Source: Octopus vulgaris (Eukaryota). Taken from it: a stretch of 64,000 bases of DNA. The notes under the pieces were generated by a model, which was not told the DNA's origin, searched no databases, and saw only the letters and a list, made by a program, of their open reading frames with translations. The first letter of the stretch is position 1, and every line of letters begins with the position of its first letter. The DNA lies in NCBI GenBank assembly GCA_951406725.2, contig OX597821.1, forward strand, positions 8,990,001 through 9,054,000. The letters are read 5' to 3'. Positions 53,838-64,000 of the stretch are shown in pieces. The position numbers and the translations under genes are program-made.

Positions 53838-54177
53838 TATTACTCATAAAATACAGTGTACATTTAAACACATAAAAGGAATCCACTCGAGATTCATCGC
53901 GCTAGAAAGAACAGCTAGGTTCCAAATCCTATTTAAGCTGAGGTCTACCTGTTGATAACGATTTCACCTACCAAATTATCTTTTTTGCTAAACTAAAATC
54001 AGAAACCAATTGTACAGGAAACTAGATGGTAAAACTTTATATTTTTCATTTCATTCCTTTCGGGATTTTAAACCTAATTTTGTGGTTTTGGAACCTAGCT
54101 GTTCTTTTTAGCGGGATGAACCCTATGAGTGGATTACTTTTATGTGTTTAAATATACAGTGTATTTTATGAGTAATA
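53838..54177. mobile_element. (TA)n-anchored fold-back cassette with degenerate hammerhead (53948-54018, +)
   Basis: About 89-bp imperfect arms 53838-53926 / 54087-54177; cctg-uUGAUaA-cgauuu...aaauca-GAAAC-caauu-GUA-cagg. Confidence 0.65.
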
Positions 54178-54508
54178 CATAGTCTTTGGACTAAACTTTT
54201 ACGCGCTAGGCTACTGGAAGGGAAAATGTCTATTAATTCCGATTTCCATTCGATATGATTAAGTATTGTAAGATAGACAGATAGATAGATAGATAGATAG
54301 ATAGATATATAGATACTTACATACAGACAAATTTATAGATAGTCAAATAAATAGAGAGGTCGATAGATATTTAGATAGATGCATACATACATACATACAT
54401 ACATATATACATACATTCGTATGTATCTACACATATAGATACATACGAATAACTGCACATATATTATACCAACATATATATCTTTAATGTGTGCTCTTAG
54501 TTCATATT

Positions 54509-54580
<72 letters not shown>

Positions 54581-54978
54581 ACTGGTTGCGAAATTTCGCG
54601 TTTATCACATATTTTAGCAGATGTTCAGTCTATGGATAATTTCGTACATTCCACATATGTAGACATACACGTTCATGTGCCTAAACATACATACGCACGC
54701 ACACTCAAGCGCATATATACGTACATAAGCACACGTGCGCAATCATGTACGAACACTCATACACACATGTATACAAAATTTATGTCGAGTTTGGTTTATG
54801 GTAATGTAAAATTCTGGGGTTTGGTGAATAATAAATTTGTGTATACCTTGCAATACCCCGGGTATGTGATGATTGTATACAGAGAAAGAATTTGGGGGAC
54901 AATATTAGTATAATAATATTTATATAACGGGTCCCCTAACGAAGAGGCATTTAAATATTTCAATGGAGAATTACTTAC

Positions 54979-54993
54979 AACATATCCTGGAAC
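54979..54993 (-). CDS. Candidate 15-nt micro-exon (phase 2 to 2) FQDM
   Basis: attgcag|GTTCCAGGATATGTT|gtaagt; in frame with the TM exon; weak pyrimidine tract. Confidence 0.35.
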
Positions 54994-57690
54994 CTGCAAT
55001 TATCATTGGACGTGAAATGTAAAAATAAAGTTGAAGATATCATGTTAGATTTCCTTAGACTACAGTAACATTACTAGTGGGTTATTAAACCAATGAGAGT
55101 TTCCAAAAATAGAGCAGACATAACACTCCACATCAAACACATAATGAAACACAAATGCATATACACACATATATATGGGTATTTATATTGACAAATGTAG
55201 GGGCCTGTATGTGTGTATAAGTGGTGTCTAAATATGCATACGCACATCCATATATGGGTGTATGATTTTTTTGTGCGCGCGTGTGTGTGTGTGTTTGGGT
55301 TTGTGTCTGCAGTTGAACAATTTGCAAGAGGTATTTCAGGATATATTTTATAATTACCTGAAGCAATTCCAATCTAGTATAGTTTAAATTTACGTTACTA
55401 GAAAATGTTTGAAAGCTCTCGATAGAATTTCAGGTAACTTGAGCATCGAAGTATTGACATGAGTTCTTACTAGCAGTAAAAATCTAAATGTATTCCACTG
55501 AATTTAAATCTGGTAAGTTTTAAGTAAACTAGCCATATGTTTCATAACCATAAACAATGTCTGGTGGCCATACTAAAGTTTCCTATGATTTGTGTAAAGC
55601 CTTCCACTGCTTCCTACATCCAAAAGAATTTAACAACAACCTCCGATATTATTCAACTTATTCACCTTCAGTACCGACTACACTTAAAACTACCACGTCG
55701 CTAGAGACATAATGTGCATCTATCTAGGGGCATTAGCTAACCCTGCAGATAACCATTTTCGTCTATCTGTGCAGACACGAATCGGTTCTCTTCAATTTGT
55801 ACAATATGTAACGAATTTGTGGGGGATCGAATCACGAGCAAAAGCATATATGCTTTATATGATTACTGAAGGTATGATACCACTAGATAACACGGGATTT
55901 GAAGCCTAGCAAATTAGATCTACTTTCATGTCAATACCTATAGTTGTTTTTTTCATATTCCATCAGTTCTCCCAGTTTTCTGTTATCTGCTCCGATTGCC
56001 AAGATCTTTTCGTTGTATGCAGCAACCAAAAGCATGCAAGGATTGATGCCTTCAATTATTTACTGTTACTTTTCTTCTTTATCCAACATGTTCAGGTAGC
56101 AGTTATATATTTCTAAATAAATTACACCCATGTAATCAAAGAAAAGTGACCCAAGCCGAGATACTCAGGCGTCTCACGAAAGCGGCGATTGAGTGAAGTT
56201 CTCTGGTGATCTGCCTCAGAATAATCGTATTGAATGGTGTTGCAGGTATACATCATCATATTCGTATCCCAGTGTTCATAGTTTTAAATCTAGGTATAAT
56301 CGTTCACTTTGTTCATTGCTGGTTAACAACTAAGTGTGACAAATTATCAAAGTGGTTCTGAAGGTAATGCATTTTGATGATTTTAGATTGATGATATTAG
56401 ATTGATATTTTGATTGATATTAGAGTGAAGTTGAAAGAAAAGAAAGCATGTTCTCTACAATTTCAAAGTGGTTACCTGCTTTATGAACCGCCAAGTAATA
56501 TCTTTGCAACCAGTGTGAAGAATGACCGTTCATTTGTCTCAGAAAATTGAAGCCCGTCGAAAATACCTTCTTCTTCATGCTCAGCAGTAAGAATGCCCTG
56601 CATATTTAATTATAACTGCCATCTGTTCTACTCAAAGTCTTCACAAACGCATTTTGAATATGACTTTAAATGTCCACTGGACGTTAAATCATCTTATCAA
56701 TTTCATCCAACCTCTCATGTTTTCTCTCAGATGACATTGTCTATCAATCAGTTTCCATACTAGATTTACTATGCCACAGGCTAATAAAGCAGGTATTCTT
56801 GTTACATCTACTCAGCAATTTCAGGAAACAAATCAACGATCGGAAAATTCATAGAGTTTGGAACTTAGTCACCGTAGTATGATATCGTTTGTAAAACCAG
56901 GGCGTTTGTGTCGTGATACTCAATCACTTAGCAGAGGGACTATTTCTCATTCATCCATCATAATTGCTATTATGTAGAAACATATATTTTATGCGTCATA
57001 TGGAACTCTTTGAATAGTCACCATTCTCTTGGGACATATATAAATATACCAACTTCTGCAATGAAGCATTGAATATCATTGCAATAAAACGAAATCATTG
57101 TATTTGAGTGTGCTAGTGTGTGCGTGGGTGAGTGTGCACGTGTGTATCTGTTTCCATGCTCATGTGAGTGAGTGTGTGAGTACTATGTGTGTGAATGTTT
57201 GTGTGAGTGTATGTGTGTGTGTGTGTGTGTGTTCTCAATCTATATCGAGAATATCAGTCCGCAACCGTCCACCTCATAGCCATCCGATGCATGCGATAGT
57301 ACGCACATATACTCTGCCTCCCTACTGGTCAGTCTACAATGGTCGTATTCTTCTTCGATGCACTAGCTCCACGGTGCAAGCCTATCCGTGGCGAGTTCCG
57401 TGCCGTATATTTGGACGTGATTAAGCAAGGTATCCAATTGATCTATGCCATTTTCTTGAACAAGTGAGTTTATAACCTAGTTTCACCTCCCTGAATATAC
57501 AAAAACATCCTCATTCCTACAATTCCTTATCAACAATTACTACATTTCTGTATCCCCTATCTCCTTAACGAAGCTCTTATTCTAGCTAAAAATTTTACTA
57601 ACCTGACCCTCTAAGAAATAGACTTAATTCTAACTGCTAGGAAGGTATAAATTTTCTTCGATGATAAGCTTTGGTGCCGATGAACATTCG

Positions 57691-57744
<54 letters not shown>

Positions 57745-59259
57745 GCAACAATTTGTTTGATATAACTATGGGCCCCCCTTACTCTGCTCAGGTAACGGAT
57801 CTGGTCGGACCATACCTTAGCCAGTGACTCCTCATGTATTTCCGTAATACCAAGTGAAGTTTGTATAGGTACGATGCATTGGTGGTTACTATGTACCCAT
57901 CTAGACCGTCAATAGAGAAGACTAGACAATATTTACAGAACTTCTTTGCTCAGAGAGCAACCAGCGAGAGAGAGAGAGGGGAGAGAGAGAGAATACGTGC
58001 ACAGTATCACAAATATGATTACTATCAGCAATAAGTATTGTCAAACGAAATATTATGTGAGAAAATACGATGTATAAACCAGAGTGAGGATAGAAATATA
58101 TCGGTAGCGAAGAACTTACGAGACTTTCAAGAATCCGCATCATCTTCATCCTGAATCTGAAATATAAATGGAAAGCAGAAACATATATTACTGCTGTGAT
58201 TTCTGTAGTTGGCTTATGGAATAAAATACAACATTAAGAAATGATTGAACACTGGTGTCGATGTAATCGACTTACATCTTTCCCAAAACGGATGGCATTG
58301 TTTCAGACATTAAGAGCAATATGGAAAGATTTGAACGGAGAGCTTGCAGAATAGTTTGCCATGCAGAGAGTTCAGCATCATTTTGCCCATGCTTACGTTC
58401 TTAGCTGTGGATTAATTCGCCTTTGATACTTGATGAGTGATAAAATAAGAAAAGTTGAATCACTAGTGACAATATAATCAATGTACACACTTCTCCGACA
58501 TATGCTGAAATTCTTCCCATATTTGAAAATAATATGAATAAAATATTCTAGTTCGAATCTGTGTTTAATTCATATTCGCGTCCCAAAATAAGATTGATAT
58601 ATCGACAGGATACAGAAATGATCAAGGGTAAGTATGAAATAATTTTAGAAAGAGAGCATCGACATTCTGTGGTTTATGTTACGCACTAAAATTAAAATAC
58701 CAGTGAAAGAATCAAGATTAATTATTAACTGAAGAGTAGAAATTTCGAAATGGGCACGTGAATCAAGGAAAATATCTATTAAAAGACATTCTTGAATGGA
58801 ATGTGCTATATCTTTGTCAATGAATCAGTTATTTCCTCCATCAGCCATTACATGAAAGGTAATATTTCACTGATCATTCGTCTTTACTGTATTCTAGCAA
58901 TTATTTGCTGCTCCAATACACTAGTGTCTGCCTATTATATCAAATCAGGACACTCCTTATTTTGATAGCTTCTGTTGTCAAAATTGACTATAAATGTTGT
59001 TTTGTTACGAGTACTGTGGTCCCTAAAATCCTGTGTATTTAATTGGCTGTATTGGATTCAATTGAATAGCCGTTCGTGGTATCCTGTATGGATAACAACA
59101 CATACATGTATATATACCCACATTTATAGGCAGGTATGTATGTACATACTTGTGTATGTATGTAAGCCTTTATCTACGTGTGTATGTATGTAAGCATGTA
59201 TGTATGCATGTATGTATGTATATATGTATGTATGCATGTATGTATGTATGTATGTATAG

Positions 59260-59450
59260 CGTATAAGATGGAGGTTGTCCTGGATAGATCTGCCGCCGAT
59301 TAGTCCACACACGATACGCGCCAACATGTTTGCTAATACCTTGGCCAAAATCTTCAAATCTCAATTAAGCGGAGTGATGGGCCTCAAATTGTCTATTTTA
59401 TCCCCGTTGTTTGAGTCCTTTCTTAGTAGCACCACGATCCCCCGGCAAAC
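59260..59450 (-). mobile_element. Tx1/L1 RT fragment (copies also at about 60955-61145 and 63520-63735)
   Basis: NLRPITPLN*DLKILAKVLA...GRSIQDNLHLIRY. Confidence 0.85.
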
Positions 59451-59847
59451 AGATTTGGGTATTAATAAATTTTATGTAGCATTAAATGATTTCATCTTAA
59501 TATACATCAATGTATAATGAGTCAAACTTCTAAAAGTTAAAATTTAAACAGATTAGATTTTACAGGCAAATTTTGTTGGGCTATTCTGCGTTGCAGACGT
59601 TTATACCCAGGCAAGTGTCTTAGATTTAAGACACCATTTTTATATACTTACTTCTACCTACCTATCAGTGTTTTCCTAATGGGTAGTCAGTGAGCAACCA
59701 GAGAGAGAGAGAGAGAAAGAGAGAGTTGTGCAAGGTATTACATACATGGTAATTATCAGCAATAAGGATTGTCAAATGAAATATGTGAGAAAATAAGATG
59801 TATAAACCAGAATGAGGATAGAAATATGTCGGTAGCGAAGAACTTAC

Positions 59848-59889
59848 GAGACATTCGAAGAATCCGCATCGTCTTCATCCTGTTTGAAT
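59848..59889 (-). CDS. Candidate exon (42 nt, phase 2 to 2) FKQDEDDADSSNVS; paralogous segments at 58120-58156 and 62412-62454
   Basis: atatttcag|...|gtaagt in all three blocks; only this copy preserves the frame. Confidence 0.45.
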
Positions 59890-62800
59890 CTGAAATATTA
59901 ATGGAAAGCAGAAACATATATTACTGCTGTGATTTCTGTATTTGGCTTATGGAATAAAATACGACATTAAGAAATGATTGAACACTGGTGTCGATGTAAT
60001 CGACTTACATCTTTCCCAAAACGGATGGCATTGTTTCAGACATTGAGAGCAATATGAAAGATTTGAACGGAGAGCTTGCAGAATAGTTTGCCATGCAGAG
60101 AGTCCAGCATCATTTTGCCCATGCTTACGTTCTTAGCTGTGGATTAATTCACCTTTGATACTTGGTGAGTGATAAAATAAGAAAAGTTGAATCACTAGAG
60201 ACAATATAATCAATGTAAACATTTCTCCGGCATATGCTGAAATTCTTCCCATATTTGAAAATAATATGAATAAAATATTCTAGTTCGAATCTGTGTTTAA
60301 TTCATATTCTCGTCCCAAAATAAGATTGATATATCGACAGGATACAGAAATGATCAAGGGTAAGTATGAAATAATTTTAGAAAGAGAGCATCAACATTCT
60401 GTGGTTTATGTTACGCACTAAATTTAAAATACCAGTGAAAGAATCAAGATTTATTATTAAATGAAGAGTAGAAATTTAGAAATGGGCACGTGAATCAAGG
60501 AAAATATCTATTAAAAGACATTCTTGAATGGAATGTGCTATATCTTTGTCAATGAATCAGTTATTTCCTCCATCGGCCATTACTTGAAAGGTAATATTTC
60601 ACTGATCATTCGTCTTTACTGTATTCTAGCAATTATTTGCTGCTTCTAAACACTTGTGTCTACCTATTATATCAAATCAGGACACTCCTTATTTTGATAA
60701 CTTCTGTTGTCAACATTGACTATAATGTTGTTTTGATACGAGTACTGTGGTCCCTAAAATCCTGTGTATTTAATTGGCTGTATTGGATTCAATTGAATAG
60801 CCGTTCGTGGCATCCTGTATGGATAACCACACATACATGTATATATACCCACATTTATAGGCAGGTATGTATGTACGTACGTGAGTATGTATGTATGTAA
60901 GCATGTATGTACGTGTGTATGTATGTAAGCATGTATGTATGCATGTATGTATAGCGTATAAGATGGAGGTTGTCCTGGATAGATCTTCCGCCGATTAGTC
61001 CACACGCGATACGCGCCAACATTTCTGCTAATACCTTGGCCAACATCTTCAAATTTCAATTAAGAGGAGTGATGGGCCTCAAATTGTCTATTTTATCCCC
61101 GTTGTTTGAGTCCTTTCTTATTAGCACCACGATCCCCCGGCAAACAGATTTGGGTATTAATAAATTTTATGTAGCATTAAATGATTTCATCATAATACAC
61201 ATCAATGTATAATGAGTCAAACTTCTAAACGCTAAAGTTTAAACAGATTAGATTTTACAGACAAATTTTGTTGGGCTATTCTGCGTTGCAGACGTTTATA
61301 TCCAGGCAAGTGTCTTAGATTTTAGACACCATTTTTATATACTTACTTCTACCTAGTGATTTCGTAGTGAGCTACATTTGGTAAATTAATATTCTATGGT
61401 ATACGTTATCCATTCCTTGTAATGGCAGAATAAGGAAGTAGTGAAATATTGATATTTTCAAGAATACACATATACTTTGTATCTATGTATAGTACAATAT
61501 TTATAATGTTATCCGTCGTGGTTTCAAAATGCAAATCGACTTAGTGAAACCAACGTAGGACTGGATTTTGTCAGAAGAAACTTTAAGGCAAATTGATTCA
61601 GCTTTCTATACTTACTGAAAGGAGTGCATTCCTTGAGACATTAGGAAGCACTGCAACATATATTACCTGAAACATTTTCAAAATTCAGGACTGTAATCTT
61701 AGTTACATCTATGGTTGCACCAGAACTCAATGTTTCACCATCCGGTCAAATATACTGGACATGCAAATACTGGTTTTATTTGGAGCATCCCTGACGGAGC
61801 CAGATCGGAGTGGGAATCAGTCAGATGCTGGCTGCAGTATGAATTGCGTGAAGGTCGCAATCAGCCTAACCGCCACAGAATTATGCCACGTAACACCAGA
61901 ATTCTTCTGAACACATTCCTGTCCATCAAGTGAAAAGACTTACTGATGTCAATATAGCCAGCAATCGTCTCCAAACGAGAGCTTCGCACAAGCTCGATGA
62001 GTAATTCGAAAGTAACTACCTCGTATATAGTTCATCTATTTCGTGTAAATACTGAAACCTCCCGCTGCTGAAATGAGAGGCATGCAGATTATTTCGCCCT
62101 CTGTTGAGAACAACTATGCCAAATCTCTAGGGCAAGAAGTTGAGTACAACATTTGAATAGAATTTACGGTTGGGTTTTTCATCTTTACATTTCTTGGCAA
62201 AGACAGAAAGCTACTGCTACAAATAAAGCATATGACCTGTTTTCCTAATGGATAGTCAGTGAGCAACAGAGAGAGAGAGAGAGAGAGAGTTGTGCAAGGT
62301 ATTACATACATGGTAATTATCAGCAATAAGGATTGTCAAATGAAATATGTGAGAAAATAAGATGTATAACCCAGAATGAGGATAGAAATATGTCGGTAGC
62401 GAAGAACTTACGGGACATGTCGAAGAATCTGCATTGTCTTCATCCCCTCTTAATCTGAAATATAAATGGAAAGCAGAAACATATATTACTGCTGTGATTT
62501 CTGTATTTGGCTTATGGAATAAAATACGACATTAAGAAATGATTGAACACTGGTGTCGATGTAATCGACTTACATCTTTCCCAAAACGGATGGCATTGTT
62601 TCAGACATTGAGAGCAATATGGAAAGATTTGAACGGAGAGCTTGCAGAATAGTTTGCCATGCAGAGAGTTCAGCATCATTTTGCCCATGCTTACGTTCTT
62701 AGCTGTGGATTAATTCGCCTTTGATACTTGATGAGTGATAAAATAAGAAAAGTTGAATCACTAGTGACAATATAATCAATGTAAACACTTCTCCGACATA

Positions 62801-64000
62801 TGCTGAAATTCTTCCCATATTTGAAAATAATATGAATAAAATATTCTAGTTCGAATCTGTGTTTAATTCATATTCTCGTCCCAAAATAAGATTGATATAT
62901 CGACAGGATACAGAAATGATCAAGGGTAAGTATGAAATAATTTTAGAAGGAGAGCATCGAAATTCTGTGGTTTATGTTACGCACTAAAATTAAAATACCA
63001 GTGAAAGAATCAAGATTAATTATTAACTGAAGAGTAGAAATTTAGAAATGGGCACGTGAATCAAGGAAAATATCTATTAAAAGACATTCTTGAATGGAAT
63101 GTGCTATATCTTTGTCAATGAATCAGTTATTTCCTCCATCATCCATTACTTGAAAGGTAATATTTCACTGATCATTCGTCTTTACTGTATTCTAGCAATT
63201 ATTTGCTGCTTCAATACACTAGTGTCTGCCTATTATATAAAATCAGGACACTCCTTATTTTGATAGCTTCTGTTGTCAAAATTGACTATAAATGTTGTTT
63301 TGATACGAGTACTGTGGTCCCTGACATCCTGTGTATTTAATTGGCTGTATTGGATTCAATTGAATAGCCGTTCGTGGCATCCTGTATGGATAACCACACA
63401 TACATGTATATACACCCACATTTATAGGCAGGTATGTATGTACGTATTTGTGTATGTATGTATGTAAGCATGTATGTACGTGTGTATGTATGTAAGCAAA
63501 TATGTATGCATGTGTGTATATCGTATAAGATGGAGGTTGTCCTGGATAGATCTGCCGCGAATGCCGCAAGTTTATGCTTTCCCGATTAGTCCACACGCGA
63601 TATGCGCCAACATTTCTGCTAATACCTTGGCCAAAATCTTCAAATCTCAATTGAGCGTAGTGATGGACCTGAAATTGTCTATTTTATCCCCGTTGTTTGA
63701 GTCCTTTCATCGCAGCACCACGATTCCCCGGCAAACAGATTTGGGTATTAATAAATTTTATGTAGCATTAAATGATTTCATAATAATATACATCAATGTA
63801 TAATGAGTCAATCTTCTAAACGTTAAAATTTAAACAGATTCGATTTTACAGGCAAATTTTGTTGGGCTATTCTGTGTTGCAGAGGTTTATACCCACGCAA
63901 GTGTCTTCGATTTAAGACACGATTTTTATATACTTACTTCTACCTATGACCCCTCAGTGATTTCGTAGTGAGCTACATTTGGTAATTTAATATTCTATGG

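Larger units (their letters stand above)
57950..64000. repeat. Triplicated ~1.7-kb block (about 57950-59660, 59675-61400, 62240-64000) with a unique spacer at 61400-62240
   Basis: Near-identical colinear sequence; each copy has a micro-exon-like segment, decayed SINEs, (TATG)n and a Tx1/L1 RT fragment. Confidence 0.95.

Noticed and set aside
60664-60753. Second exon-like segment in the triplicated block (GPQYSYQNNIIVNVDNRSYQNKECPDLI**)
   Set aside because: Tandem stops precede any good donor in all copies, and frames differ between copies.

Overview
AT-rich, repeat-dominated eukaryotic DNA. The tRNA/Nin- and CORE-type SINEs, dense (TA)n/(CA)n/(TATG)n microsatellites and decayed mariner/LINE relics strongly suggest a coleoid cephalopod such as Octopus; this is inferred from repeat style, not from a search. 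No long genuine ORF exists, and nearly all listed ORFs are microsatellite or satellite translations or transposon remnants. Main content: (1) a set of small, mostly phase-compatible GT-AG exons on the minus strand spread over about 46 kb, encoding a type II single-pass membrane protein whose distal candidate exons weakly resemble a TNF-ligand domain; (2) an 11.25-kb or longer 66-bp satellite (25991-37243) running into an N gap, whose apparent source monomer sits inverted at its left edge inside a (TA)n-anchored element; (3) a series of (TA)n-embedded short cassettes carrying minimal type I hammerhead ribozymes, often with fold-back inverted arms (Penelope-like pLTR signature), three with a canonical catalytic core and several degenerate or variant; (4) three mariners with TIRs, maT/Tc1 fragments, and Tx1/L1, RTE, CR1/L2 and R4-type LINE relics; (5) a 708-bp nested palindrome, a 4-kb inverted-duplication mosaic, and a triplicated 1.7-kb block carrying a duplicated micro-exon.
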